DNA of 64,000 bases from Clostridia bacterium. Its GTDB lineage: Bacteria; Bacillota; Clostridia; UMGS1883. The stretch spans positions 256,142 to 320,141 of the forward strand of contig JAZQCM010000001.1 of NCBI GenBank assembly GCA_045546275.1. The letters run 5' to 3'. Of this stretch, positions 38,738-48,956 are shown in pieces. Positions within the stretch are counted from its first letter, which is position 1; the number at the start of each line of letters is the position of its first letter. Position numbers and translations under genes: made by a program. A model generated the notes under the pieces. The model ran no database searches and was not told the origin of the DNA. It was given only the letters and a program-made list of their open reading frames with translations.

Positions 38738-40780
38738 TCATCCTATTATTATATTTCTGTCGGTAAAACCGTCGTATTCAATCTGATTTGAAAAATACTT
38801 TTCAATAACACGCCTTGCAACAGGTGCTGCGTCACTACCGCCGCCTGACTTTTCAAGCACAACGGCAACTGCAATCTGGGGATTTTCATAGGGCGCATAT
38901 GCAATATAAATACCATTTGTATATCTACCCATCTGAGCTGAACCTGATTTTGCCGCAATGGAAACATTACTGCCTGCAAAAGCGTTTTCACCTGTACCTT
39001 CGGTTACAACAAGACGCATGCCCTTTGTAAGTGCGGTATAAAACTCATCTGTCATTTTAATTTCATTTACAAGTTCGGCTTTATTTTCAATAATTGTTTT
39101 GCCGTTTTTGTCTTCAATGCTTTTTACAAGATGCATTTTATAACGTTTGCCACCGTTAGCGATTGTTGATACATAGGATGCAAGCTGAACGGGAGTTACC
39201 AAAGTGTCTGACTGACCTATTGCCGCTTGCATAGTGTCGCCGGGATACCATGTTCCGCCACGCTTTTCTCGGTTTTCAATGGATGCAACTGTGCCGGACT
39301 GCTCTTCGCCCGGGAGCTCCACTCCTGTTTTTTCACCAAAACCATACTTTTGGGCATATTCAGCCATTTTCACAATTCCCAATCGTCTGCCAACATCGTA
39401 AAAGAAATAGTTACAAGAATCTCTTATTGCACCTGTAACGGTCACTGCACCATGTGTTGTGCCATGCTGACGGTATGCCCAGCAACGTGGCTGATAGTCG
39501 GGATAATATGTGTAAATACCACGGTCAACAATTACATCATAAGGAGAGATAACTCCCTCCTCCAAAGCCGCTGAGGCAACAAGCATTTTATATGTTGAAC
39601 CGGGTGAATATGCGCCTGCAACCGCTCTGTTAAAAAGAGGCTTTGATGCATCATTGAGTAAATTAGCATAATTTCGGTTGAAATTTGAAATGTCGTAAGT
39701 AGGGTAAGAAGCCATTGCAAGTATTTCACCGCTGTTTACGTCAACAGCTACCACTGCACCAGAATCCGCCCCTCTGCCCTCTGCAACAGTTTTCGCAGTA
39801 CTTCGCACATCAACAATTGTTTCATACAAAGCAAGCTCTGCTTCAAGCTGCATGTCAAGGTCAAGTGTTAAGGTTACATTCTTTCCGGGAAGTGCTTCAA
39901 TTATTGTATTTTGCGAAACATTTCTGCCTTCTTTGGTTTGCTCAACAGTTGCAAGACCATCTGTACCCTTTAAAAACTGCTCAGCATACTTTTCAATACC
40001 TTGTTTTCCTATGAGTGAATTCATGGTGTAGCCTATAGAGCGCATTGTTTCAAGCTCGTCTGCACTTATTTTACCAACTCTTCCTAAAACATGAGTGGCG
40101 GTGAAAGGATACTTATATTCTCTTAAAGAATCGTTTTTAATGTCAACACCGGGAAAAAGCTTGTACTGCTCTTTGATGGCAGTAATCATATCCATGGGAA
40201 CTCCTGTTGCAAAATTGAAATCAACCGTATAGGAAAAATCTCGTAAAGTCATTTCATATCGGGTTGATGTAATTTTAAGTTTAGTTTCAATATCTGTTTC
40301 TGAAACCTTATATTTTTGTGCAAAAAAGTCCAACACATTGTTTGGTGTAAGATGCTTTCCCATTCCGTATTTTGTTTTCCAGGCATATTCCTTTGCTCTG
40401 GGGTTTTGCGCACTTTCTTCAAACACAAAGTAAAGTCCGCCATTATAGTAGTTTACAGGAAAAGTGTTTGATATATAAAAGTTGCTTTTGTCAGCAAGAG
40501 TATAAAGCTTTTTGATTGTGTCGTTTAAAAGTTCATCATCCTGATTGCGTGTTTTTCTTATAACAATCGTATTGGAAATTTTATTTGTTACCAATGTTCT
40601 GCCGTATCTGTCGGTTATATTTCCTCTTGGAGCTTCGAGAGTTATTGTTTTGGTTGTTCTCAATTCGCTCTTTTCACGATACTCGCTGCCTTCTACAAGC
40701 TGTAAAGAAACAAGCTTTACCACAAACAAAGCTAAAATAAGAGCAAGAATAAGATACAGCACACGATATCTACTGTTCAT
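38738..40780 (-). CDS. mrdA: Penicillin-binding protein 2 (class B)
   Basis: APRGNITDR, GKQGIEK, PGSTYK (SxxK), SCN, KSG. Confidence 0.93.
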   Translation of the reverse strand: MNSRYRVLYLILALILALFVVKLVSLQLVEGSEYREKSELRTTKTITLEAPRGNITDRYGRTLVTNKISNTIVIRKTRNQDDELLNDTIKKLYTLADKSNFYISNTFPVNYYNGGLYFVFEESAQNPRAKEYAWKTKYGMGKHLTPNNVLDFFAQKYKVSETDIETKLKITSTRYEMTLRDFSYTVDFNFATGVPMDMITAIKEQYKLFPGVDIKNDSLREYKYPFTATHVLGRVGKISADELETMRSIGYTMNSLIGKQGIEKYAEQFLKGTDGLATVEQTKEGRNVSQNTIIEALPGKNVTLTLDLDMQLEAELALYETIVDVRSTAKTVAEGRGADSGAVVAVDVNSGEILAMASYPTYDISNFNRNYANLLNDASKPLFNRAVAGAYSPGSTYKMLVASAALEEGVISPYDVIVDRGIYTYYPDYQPRCWAYRQHGTTHGAVTVTGAIRDSCNYFFYDVGRRLGIVKMAEYAQKYGFGEKTGVELPGEEQSGTVASIENREKRGGTWYPGDTMQAAIGQSDTLVTPVQLASYVSTIANGGKRYKMHLVKSIEDKNGKTIIENKAELVNEIKMTDEFYTALTKGMRLVVTEGTGENAFAGSNVSIAAKSGSAQMGRYTNGIYIAYAPYENPQIAVAVVLEKSGGGSDAAPVARRVIEKYFSNQIEYDGFTDRNIIIG

Positions 40781-41276
40781 ATCTTATCCCCTTTCTTTTC
40801 TTTTCAAATTTAATTCTGCTTAATACTAAGTATAAAAAGATAAAAATCAAAGTGTTTAACAAAGCTACGGGCAGCACAGTTTTATAAACAGCCTCAAATG
40901 CAAAGGAAACACCTCGCACAAGGTAGCTGAACACCCCAAATATCAATTCATATATAAATGAAATTACAAAGGTTAAAGGTGCAAAAACAAACACTCTTTT
41001 ACCAAATATGGTTTCGGTTACAACATTGCACAAAATAACAGCATACATGAAAAGAAGTGTTGCTATGCCTAAAATTGCACCCGAAATAAAGTCGGTCAAA
41101 AGACCTGTGCCGACTGCCAATGCAATGTTTTCATCCGAAGGATAAATAATACAAATAGTCAAAAGTGAAACCAAAGTAAAATTAGGCAATACTGAAAAAG
41201 GTGTAAAATGAGCCAGGACAGTAGCTTGTAAAATAACAACTGCAAGCATAAATAAAATTTTAAATCTGCGGCTCAT
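40770..41276 (-). CDS. mreD: Rod shape-determining protein MreD
   Basis: Hydrophobic, LPN and GLLTD motifs; lies between mreC and PBP2. Confidence 0.88.
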   Translation of the reverse strand: MSRRFKILFMLAVVILQATVLAHFTPFSVLPNFTLVSLLTICIIYPSDENIALAVGTGLLTDFISGAILGIATLLFMYAVILCNVVTETIFGKRVFVFAPLTFVISFIYELIFGVFSYLVRGVSFAFEAVYKTVLPVALLNTLIFIFLYLVLSRIKFEKKRKGIRYEQ

Positions 41277-41288
41277 TACATTACCTCC

Positions 41289-42107
41289 TTATCTTCCTAC
41301 TAAAACCTCGCTTAACGAAGAGAACTTAACTTCGCTTTCCACAACAGCAGAAAGTGTAAGTCCGTCTTCATCGTCAGCTATTTCAACAATTTTTCCTATG
41401 TATACACCTTTGGGGTATATACTGCCTGTGCTTGCTATTTCAATTCTATCGCCAATTACAATGTTTGCATCCTTTGAAAGATATTTAAGACGGCATCTTC
41501 CGTAAGGAGCAAGACTGTAATCTCCTTCAAGAACGCCTCTGTCGCCTGTTCTTGCGCAAACTGCACCGATTGACGAGTCAACGTCGGTTATCTCCCTTAC
41601 CTTTGCCCAGGAGGTACCAACCTCTATCACAGTGCCCACAAGTCCCATGTCGGTTAAAACAACGTCATTCACATTTACAGACGAGCTTGTCCCCTTGTCA
41701 ATGGAAATAACATTGTACCAATTGTCAGATTCAATGCCGATAACCTTTGCTCCCTGCAAAGTCATTTCAGGCAAGGATTCCCTCATGCCTAACAGCTTTG
41801 TTAATCTTTCGTTTTCGGATTTGTATGCTTCAATTTCCGAATAGTCGCTTTCAAGTCGTGCTATACGCGCCTTAAGCATTTGATTTTCCTCCGCATAGCT
41901 CCCTGCATGAACAAACGAATCAACCACGCGTGACACCTTGTTATACACAGTACTGCATGTTTTCATTACAGGCTGTACAACCATGTTTGCAGCATTGGTA
42001 AAAATATCTGCACGACCGCCCAAAAGAGTGGAAAGTGCCATTAAAAGAAGGATTGCTACACTGATTATGCCTATTTTTATGAAAAACTTTTTAGAATATT
42101 TTCCCAT
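41289..42107 (-). CDS. mreC: Rod shape-determining protein MreC
   Basis: TM, coiled coil ENERL, IDKG, GLVG, YPKG. Confidence 0.93.
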   Translation of the reverse strand: MGKYSKKFFIKIGIISVAILLLMALSTLLGGRADIFTNAANMVVQPVMKTCSTVYNKVSRVVDSFVHAGSYAEENQMLKARIARLESDYSEIEAYKSENERLTKLLGMRESLPEMTLQGAKVIGIESDNWYNVISIDKGTSSSVNVNDVVLTDMGLVGTVIEVGTSWAKVREITDVDSSIGAVCARTGDRGVLEGDYSLAPYGRCRLKYLSKDANIVIGDRIEIASTGSIYPKGVYIGKIVEIADDEDGLTLSAVVESEVKFSSLSEVLVGR

Positions 42108-42136
42108 TACATTTCATTCCTTTTGCCATAAAGCAA

Positions 42137-43126
42137 TTACTTGCCAAGTGCTTTTAACTTTTTATCGCTGAGAATTTTAACTTCGCCTCGAAGAGCACAT
42201 CCTAAAGGATTTTCGCCAACCTTTGTTTTAAAACCGGTTTTTTTAGTTAAAAGCTCATCAATTTTATACAAACCTGCCAAACCGCCCGTTATTGTTATGC
42301 CTGTCTCCATAACATCACTTAATAACTCAGATGGAGTTTTTTCCAAAGCCAGAATAACAGATTCAACAATATGATTTAAAGAATCGCTTATTGCCTCTCT
42401 TACTTCTTCGCTTGTTACGGAAAATTCCTTTGGAAGACCTGTAACAATATCTCTTCCCTTATACTTTTTAAGCTCATTTTTTTCCTTTGGCAAAGCACAG
42501 CCGAGTTCAATTTTAATTCTTTCAGCAGTGTTTTCACCGATTAAAACGTTAAACTTACGCTTTACCAATGCCATAACAGCACTGTCCATGTCGTCTCCAC
42601 CTGTTTTTATGGACACACCCGTTGCAATATGACCAAGAGCTATTACTGCAGAATCCGTGGTGCCACCGCCAATATCAACAATCATACTGCCGGTTGGGGT
42701 AAGCACATTAATGCCTGCACCAACAGCGGATGCCATTGCACCTTCTATAACCTTAACAGAAGACACACCAAGATTTTTCACAACCTCACTTGCTGCACGC
42801 CTCTCCATCTGAGTTGCACTTGACGGAACGGTTATGATTGCATTAACGCCTGTAAATACTGCTCTGTTGAAAGCTTCCTTTACAAGTGTTTTAACCATGC
42901 CCTCTGCCGCAGAATAATCGGCAATTACACCACCTGAAAGAGGCTTCTTGGCAATAATATTTTCAGGAGTTTTTCCAAAAGCTTCCTTCGAATTATTCCC
43001 TGCATCAATTATCATGCTTTCTTCCATATCAATGGTTACAAAGCTCGAAAAGGAAAAAGTGTCGCTTTTTCCTACCTGAGCCATAAGTGTATTTGATGTA
43101 CCTAAATCAATACAAATACCGCGCAT
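42137..43126 (-). CDS. mreB: Divergent rod shape-determining actin homolog
   Basis: IDLGTSNT, GVIAD, VDIGGGTT, AERIK, GRD..TGLP; heads mreCD. Confidence 0.88.
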   Translation of the reverse strand: MRGICIDLGTSNTLMAQVGKSDTFSFSSFVTIDMEESMIIDAGNNSKEAFGKTPENIIAKKPLSGGVIADYSAAEGMVKTLVKEAFNRAVFTGVNAIITVPSSATQMERRAASEVVKNLGVSSVKVIEGAMASAVGAGINVLTPTGSMIVDIGGGTTDSAVIALGHIATGVSIKTGGDDMDSAVMALVKRKFNVLIGENTAERIKIELGCALPKEKNELKKYKGRDIVTGLPKEFSVTSEEVREAISDSLNHIVESVILALEKTPSELLSDVMETGITITGGLAGLYKIDELLTKKTGFKTKVGENPLGCALRGEVKILSDKKLKALGK

Positions 43127-43142
43127 AAACTACCATTCCTAA

Positions 43143-43724
43143 CTATATTAAATCAACACCAAACTCTTCTTTAAGCATTTTTGCCAGGGCACAAACGGGA
43201 AGACCTACAACATTAAAGTAGTCCCCTTCAATTTTTTCCACAAACAGTCTTCCTTTTCCCTGGATTCCGTACCCACCCGCTTTATCCATGGGCTCTTTCG
43301 ATTCTATGTACCGAAGTGCCTCCGCCTTTTCAATTGCACGGAAACGCACATTCGTTGTTTCGTACTTCACACTGGCTTCACCGCTTTTGCCGTCGATAAC
43401 ACAATATCCTGTAAGCACACTGTGCCAGGAATCTGACAGACGCATAAGCATTCTCAGGGCATCCTCACTATCTTTGGGTTTACCCATTATTTCTCCGTCT
43501 TTAACAACAATTGTGTCAGCAGAAATGACAATGTCCTTTTTTGTGGCACATCTTGCAACATCGGCACCCTTTAAAAGCGCAAGCTCCATCACGTACTTTT
43601 CAGGCGTTGTCACCTTTACGCCCGCTTCATCACAAACCGATGGTATAACTGTTGGGTTTATTCCGATTTCCGCCAATATTTCTTTTCGTCTTGGTGATGC
43701 CGAAGCAAGAATAAAATTTCGCAT
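43143..43724 (-). CDS. maf: Maf nucleoside-triphosphate pyrophosphatase
   Basis: ILASASPRR, ADTIV, GKP, DKAGGYGIQ, NVVGLP. Confidence 0.96.
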   Translation of the reverse strand: MRNFILASASPRRKEILAEIGINPTVIPSVCDEAGVKVTTPEKYVMELALLKGADVARCATKKDIVISADTIVVKDGEIMGKPKDSEDALRMLMRLSDSWHSVLTGYCVIDGKSGEASVKYETTNVRFRAIEKAEALRYIESKEPMDKAGGYGIQGKGRLFVEKIEGDYFNVVGLPVCALAKMLKEEFGVDLI

Positions 43725-43771
43725 AATGCTATATACCTTTCCGTTCCTGAAAAATATAACTGTACTGATAT

Positions 43772-43800
43772 ATCATATCACAGTTCAACTATTTTTTCAA
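43772..43800 (-). promoter_or_regulatory. Sigma-A promoter of the maf-mre-min operon
   Basis: TTGAAA-17-TATGAT with TG before the -10. Confidence 0.65.
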
Positions 43801-43827
43801 CTAAATATTATCTGTTTTTTTGTAAAC

Positions 43828-44916
43828 TTATTGGTTTGCACCGAAGTAATTGGAGCTCATTTCTCCACATTGTATCACTATATCCTTTTCTTTGCTCCCT
43901 CTTATGATGTTGAGGGTTATATTCTCTCCTACTTCATGCATAAAAAGCTCTGTTCTGAGCCCAAGCATTGACTCCACCTTTTTGCCGTTTATACCCACTA
44001 TAATATCTCCGTACCTGATGCCGTTTTTGTAGGAGGGACCGTTATTGTCAAGACTGACAACAAATAAACCTTCATTCTTTCCGTATTTATCTTTTTTTAA
44101 ATACTTAGCCGTTTGAGATGTGTAGGCAAAAAGTCCAAGATAAGGCGTTTTGAACTCGCCTGTTTGTTCAAGACTTTTTATTATTCCGGCAAAAATATTT
44201 ACAGGGACAGCAAAACCCATGCCTTCAGCGGACTGCACGCGGATTGTATTTATGCCTACAACCTCGCCTTCTACATTCATTAATGGTCCTCCCGAGTTTC
44301 CGGGGTTTATAGATGCATCGGTCTGGATTAAGTCTTCCATGTATAAAACATTATCTTCGCTGTTTATTGTAATTGTCCTGTTAAGAGCACTTACAATACC
44401 CTTTGTAACACTTCGCTCAAATTGCAGACTCAAAGGGTTCCCGATTGCAAAAACATCCTCTCCAACTCTTAAATTTTCGCTGTTTCCCATTTTCGCAATC
44501 CCAACTCTACCCTCATCAATTTTAACAACTGCAATATCCAAGGCCTTGTCTGACCAAATTAATTCTCCTTTTCTTACACTGCCATCAAACAAAGTAACAT
44601 TAATATCCACGGGGTTATCGCCCACAACATGCTGATTTGTTGCAATATAACCCATTTGCGACAAAACAACACCGCTTCCGAGGCTCTGAGAATAACCTCC
44701 TCTTATTTTCATTGACGCACTTATACCCACAACTGTGGGCAGGGCTTTGTCAATAACATCGGGTAATGTGTTTTCGTGATTCTTATTTTCCTCGGTGGAA
44801 ATCACATTGATTTTTTCCGTTACAACCTGGTTTTTCTCGGATGTAATTTCACCTGCCGAAAATGAAAAAATCCCTACAATAAGCAAAATCATTGAATAAA
44901 TAAATACTTTTAGCAC
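43828..44916 (-). CDS. htrA: HtrA/DegP family serine protease with PDZ domain
   Basis: TNQHV, DIAV, QTDASINPGNSGGPL; likely GTG start at 44916 after AAGGAG. Confidence 0.93.
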   Translation of the reverse strand: MLKVFIYSMILLIVGIFSFSAGEITSEKNQVVTEKINVISTEENKNHENTLPDVIDKALPTVVGISASMKIRGGYSQSLGSGVVLSQMGYIATNQHVVGDNPVDINVTLFDGSVRKGELIWSDKALDIAVVKIDEGRVGIAKMGNSENLRVGEDVFAIGNPLSLQFERSVTKGIVSALNRTITINSEDNVLYMEDLIQTDASINPGNSGGPLMNVEGEVVGINTIRVQSAEGMGFAVPVNIFAGIIKSLEQTGEFKTPYLGLFAYTSQTAKYLKKDKYGKNEGLFVVSLDNNGPSYKNGIRYGDIIVGINGKKVESMLGLRTELFMHEVGENITLNIIRGSKEKDIVIQCGEMSSNYFGANQ

Positions 44917-44986
44917 AAAACCACTCCTTTTTGTTATTTTCATCCCGGCAATTCTTTTTTATTCAAAAACAAGAATAATCTGTTGC

Positions 44987-45015
44987 TTGCATTTTTCATT
45001 GATGTATAGTATAAT
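44987..45015 (+). promoter_or_regulatory. Sigma-A promoter of lon
   Basis: TTGCAT-17-TATAAT. Confidence 0.65.
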
Positions 45016-45051
45016 CAATGAAACTATGAAAATAACAAGGACTGAAATATA

Positions 45052-47445
45052 ATGAGCAAAAATACAACAAAAAATATGCCCGCCATTGCACTTCGAGGGC
45101 TTGTGGTATATCCACATATGACTTTTCACTTCGATGTTTTACGAAAAAAATCAATCCGTGCGTTAGAGGTTGCATACAAGGATAACGGTCTTGTGTTTTT
45201 GGTAACACAAAAAGACATTGGCGTTGAAGACCCTCACGAAAACGACGTTTTCAAAATTGGTTCCGTTGTTAAAATTAAGCAATACCTCCGGCTTCCCGGC
45301 GAAGGCATCCGTGTTCTTGCCGAAGGTGTTTGCCGTGCATCCTACACCGATTTTGACACAAATGGTGAATATATTACCTGTAATGTTACAGAAGTGAATT
45401 CTTCCTTCCGCACACTTTCCGACGAGGAATACAGTGCTATTTCAAGGCAGATTCATTCACTTATTGATTTGTATTTCCGTGCAAATATCAAAGCTTCTCC
45501 CGACACAATGATTTCCTCTATCAACGAGGACAACCCCTCCACCCTTGCCGACTCTATTGCCGAAAACTTTTTGGCAGATATTAACGACAAGCAAAAGCTT
45601 CTTGAAACAAAAAACGTTAAAAACAGGCTTTTGCTTTTAATTGATTACCTTATCCGTGAGGTAAAGGTTTTGCAGGTTGAGTCTGACCTTATGGCTCGTG
45701 TTAAAGAACAGATGGACGAAAACAATCGTGATTATTTCCTTCGTGAGGAAGCGAAGGCTATTGCCATAGAGCTTGGCGAAAAAGAAGGTAACTTAAAGGA
45801 TATTGAGGAGTTTGAAAAGCGTAAAGAAAAGCTTGATGCACCTTCGGAAATTCACGAAAAAATCCAAAAAGAGCTTGACAGGTATGCAAGGTTAAATCCT
45901 CAGGCACCTGAATCAAACATTACAAGAACATACATTGAAACACTTTTAGACCTTCCGTGGAATAAAGTAACAGAGGAATTGCACGATATCAGTCGTTCAC
46001 GTGAAATATTGGAAAGAGACCATTACGGAATGCGTGACATTAAAGAAAGAATACTGGAACATCTGGCTGTACATAATCTTACAGGCGGAAATATTCCTGC
46101 TATTCTTTGCCTTTACGGTCCTCCCGGTGTGGGTAAAACTTCGATTGTTAAGGCACTTAGTGAAGCAATGGGACGAAACTACACACGCATTTCTCTTGGT
46201 GGCGTACGTGACGAGGCTGAAATTATGGGTCACAGAAGAACATATGTAGGTGCACTTCCCGGCAGACTTATAAATGCACTTGTTAAGGCAAAATCATCAA
46301 ACCCAGTAATTCTTCTTGACGAAATTGACAAATTATCACGCGATTACAAAGGTGACCCTGCTTCTGCCCTTTTAGAAGCACTTGACCCCAACGAAAACAA
46401 AGCCTTTACAGACCATTACATGGAAATTCCCGTTGATTTGTCAAGGGTTTTATTCATAACAACAGCCAACGACTTATCTACTGTTCCCCGTCCTCTTATG
46501 GATAGAATGGAGCTTATTGAGGTTTCGGGCTACACGGACGAAGACAAGCTACAGATAGCAAAAAAACATATAATTCCAAAGCAGTTAGGTCTTCACGGCT
46601 TAAAAAAGAGCAACTTTAAAATTTCTGACAGTGTTATATTAGAGCTTATCCATGGCTACACCAAGGAGTCGGGCGTTCGTTCATTGGGAAGAAAGATTGC
46701 CTCACTTTGCCGTAAGGTTGCTATGGAAATTACAGAAAGTGATAAAAAAACAATTAACATTACATCTACGCAGCTTGAAAAATATCTCGACTCACCTATT
46801 TACACCTTTGACAAGGCTGATGATAAAGGTGAAATCGGTGTTGTTACAGGTCTTGCATGGACACAGGTTGGCGGCGACACACTGAATGTTGAAGTAAATG
46901 TTATGGAGGGCACAGGAAAAATTGAATTGACAGGCTCTTTAGGCGATGTTATGAAGGAATCTGCGAAGGCTGCAATTTCATATATCCGTTCAAAGGCAGT
47001 TAGTCTTAACATTGATTCAACCTTCTACAAAAACTGTGATATTCACATTCATGTTCCCGAAGGTGCAACACCCAAGGACGGTCCTTCTGCAGGTATAACA
47101 ATTGCAACAGCACTTGTAAGTGCTCTTTCAAACCGTGTTGTAAAGCCAAGAATTGCCATGACAGGGGAAATCACCATACGTGGCAGAGTGCTTGCAATAG
47201 GCGGTTTAAAGGAAAAGGTATTGGCTGCATATCGTGCAGGTATTAATACAATCATTATCCCCAAGGAAAATGTTAAGGATTTAAAGGATATTCCCGAAAA
47301 TATACGTGAAAAAATCAATTTCAAACCGGTTTCTTGTTGTGATGAGGTTTTAAACATTGCTCTTCATAGTGCAAAGAATACTCATGAAGAAGCCCTGTAC
47401 ACACCAAGTCCAAGAAAAGGTTCACACAAAGGAGTAACAGCATGA
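45052..47445 (+). CDS. lon: ATP-dependent protease Lon
   Basis: [30 protein letters not shown]. Confidence 0.98.
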   Translation: MSKNTTKNMPAIALRGLVVYPHMTFHFDVLRKKSIRALEVAYKDNGLVFLVTQKDIGVEDPHENDVFKIGSVVKIKQYLRLPGEGIRVLAEGVCRASYTDFDTNGEYITCNVTEVNSSFRTLSDEEYSAISRQIHSLIDLYFRANIKASPDTMISSINEDNPSTLADSIAENFLADINDKQKLLETKNVKNRLLLLIDYLIREVKVLQVESDLMARVKEQMDENNRDYFLREEAKAIAIELGEKEGNLKDIEEFEKRKEKLDAPSEIHEKIQKELDRYARLNPQAPESNITRTYIETLLDLPWNKVTEELHDISRSREILERDHYGMRDIKERILEHLAVHNLTGGNIPAILCLYGPPGVGKTSIVKALSEAMGRNYTRISLGGVRDEAEIMGHRRTYVGALPGRLINALVKAKSSNPVILLDEIDKLSRDYKGDPASALLEALDPNENKAFTDHYMEIPVDLSRVLFITTANDLSTVPRPLMDRMELIEVSGYTDEDKLQIAKKHIIPKQLGLHGLKKSNFKISDSVILELIHGYTKESGVRSLGRKIASLCRKVAMEITESDKKTINITSTQLEKYLDSPIYTFDKADDKGEIGVVTGLAWTQVGGDTLNVEVNVMEGTGKIELTGSLGDVMKESAKAAISYIRSKAVSLNIDSTFYKNCDIHIHVPEGATPKDGPSAGITIATALVSALSNRVVKPRIAMTGEITIRGRVLAIGGLKEKVLAAYRAGINTIIIPKENVKDLKDIPENIREKINFKPVSCCDEVLNIALHSAKNTHEEALYTPSPRKGSHKGVTA

Positions 47446-48032
47446 ATATACACAATGCATCACTTACAATTTCAGCGGTAACCCCCAAGCAATATCCCGA
47501 AACAGATTTCCCCGATATTGCATTTGCAGGTCGCTCAAATGTTGGTAAATCAAGCTTTATAAATAAACTCTTAAACCGCAAGAGCCTTGCAAGAACAAGC
47601 TCAAAGCCCGGGAAAACCGCAACCATAAACTTTTACAACATTGACAACACAATTAACTTTGTTGACCTTCCGGGTTACGGTTACGCTCAGGTAAGCAAAG
47701 AGGAAAAGGCTAAATGGGGCAAAATGATTGAAACCTACCTCAATTCCCGTGAAAACTTGAAAATTACAGCACTTTTGGTGGATGCAAGACACAAACCCAC
47801 TCAGGAGGATGCCGTTATGGCAGACTGGATAAGAGAACGACACGGGTATCTTTTAATCTTTGTTACCAAGTGCGATAAAATTGCAAAAACAAAATTAAAC
47901 GACCATCTGGATGAAATTTATTACACCCTTAACTTAACAGACGACGATATTATGATTCCCTTTAGTGCCGAAACAGGACTTGGCGTTGAAGATGCCTGGG
48001 AAGCCATAAAAGAAATCTGTGAAGTGGAATAA
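47442..48032 (+). CDS. engB: Ribosome biogenesis GTPase YihA/YsxC
   Basis: [19 protein letters not shown]; coupled to lon. Confidence 0.97.
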   Translation: MNIHNASLTISAVTPKQYPETDFPDIAFAGRSNVGKSSFINKLLNRKSLARTSSKPGKTATINFYNIDNTINFVDLPGYGYAQVSKEEKAKWGKMIETYLNSRENLKITALLVDARHKPTQEDAVMADWIRERHGYLLIFVTKCDKIAKTKLNDHLDEIYYTLNLTDDDIMIPFSAETGLGVEDAWEAIKEICEVE

Positions 48033-48040
48033 CTTTACAC

Positions 48041-48070
48041 AAAAAAGCTCAGCAATGCTGAGCTTTTTTT
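48041..48070. terminator. Bidirectional rho-independent terminator
   Basis: AAAAAAGCTCAGCA-a-TGCTGAGCTTTTTT. Confidence 0.88.
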
Positions 48071-48884
48071 ATTTATCACAGCCACAGTCGGGTTTTTCAT
48101 CAAAGCATCCTTGTCTGGGAGGGAAAAACTCATCCACCGGGAATGATATGTTTTCGAATATGTTGCAGGGGTCATCAACGGTAGATGCCACACATTCCTT
48201 TTCGGGTATGCAGAAATCATATGCAGGGATAAGTAATTGAACGTTTCGCTCAAGCTTTACAATGGTGAAAAGACCAAGGGAAACATACACAACTCTGCCA
48301 ACTTCGTTCTGACCTATGAATCTGTCGTCAAAAACACGTCTTACACAGTCGGGAATGTTGCAAATATCTATTTCGTCGTTGTAGTTACAGCAATCGCCTC
48401 TTTCGGCTATTTTTGCACCAAGGCAAATGGGGTCAACAACTTCAACAACTGCTTTGGGCATATTTGTTTTTTGCCACAACTGAGGGTCAAAGCTATCTTC
48501 CTTGTAACGTGATTCAAAAATTTTGGCATTGCCTTCACTGCCAAAAAGCACAACCTTCTTGTTAAAGCTTGCAAGACCTTCCACCGTTACAGGACGGGAC
48601 ACGCCTGTGTAGACGTCCAGCGTAATACGGAAGAAATAGGTTAAATCAACAGTGTAGTAGCCTTTGTTGAAGGGCATTTGCTCTGTGTTTGTAAAAACCC
48701 AAATTACTTCACTCTTTTTGCACTTAACGTCAAGTGCACGATTGACTATCTCCTGCCCTGTTTCAGTAAGATAAACTCTTAAGCATTCAATACATTCTTT
48801 GCTTCGACAGGAATCGTAGATCTGCTCTGTTTGTATGCAAACCTTTTCACGGCAACCGAATGAGCTTGTTATATTTTCATCCAT
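48069..48884 (-). CDS. Cys-rich hypothetical protein, probably spore-coat related
   Basis: VCIQTEQIYDSCRSKEC, QLLIPAYDFCIP.KEC, FPVDEFFPP; GGAGG RBS before ATG 48884. The spore-coat role is inference. Confidence 0.6.
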   Translation of the reverse strand: MDENITSSFGCREKVCIQTEQIYDSCRSKECIECLRVYLTETGQEIVNRALDVKCKKSEVIWVFTNTEQMPFNKGYYTVDLTYFFRITLDVYTGVSRPVTVEGLASFNKKVVLFGSEGNAKIFESRYKEDSFDPQLWQKTNMPKAVVEVVDPICLGAKIAERGDCCNYNDEIDICNIPDCVRRVFDDRFIGQNEVGRVVYVSLGLFTIVKLERNVQLLIPAYDFCIPEKECVASTVDDPCNIFENISFPVDEFFPPRQGCFDEKPDCGCDK

Positions 48885-48956
48885 AGAAAAACCTCCATAA
48901 AAAATACTATGTAGCATGCTACACTACATAGTATTCAGAAGGCTTTATTTTGTTAC

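Noticed and set aside
48903-48935. Second BlaI operator
   Set aside because: The half-sites are in the opposite order (TGTAG...CTACA) to TACA-N2-TGTA.
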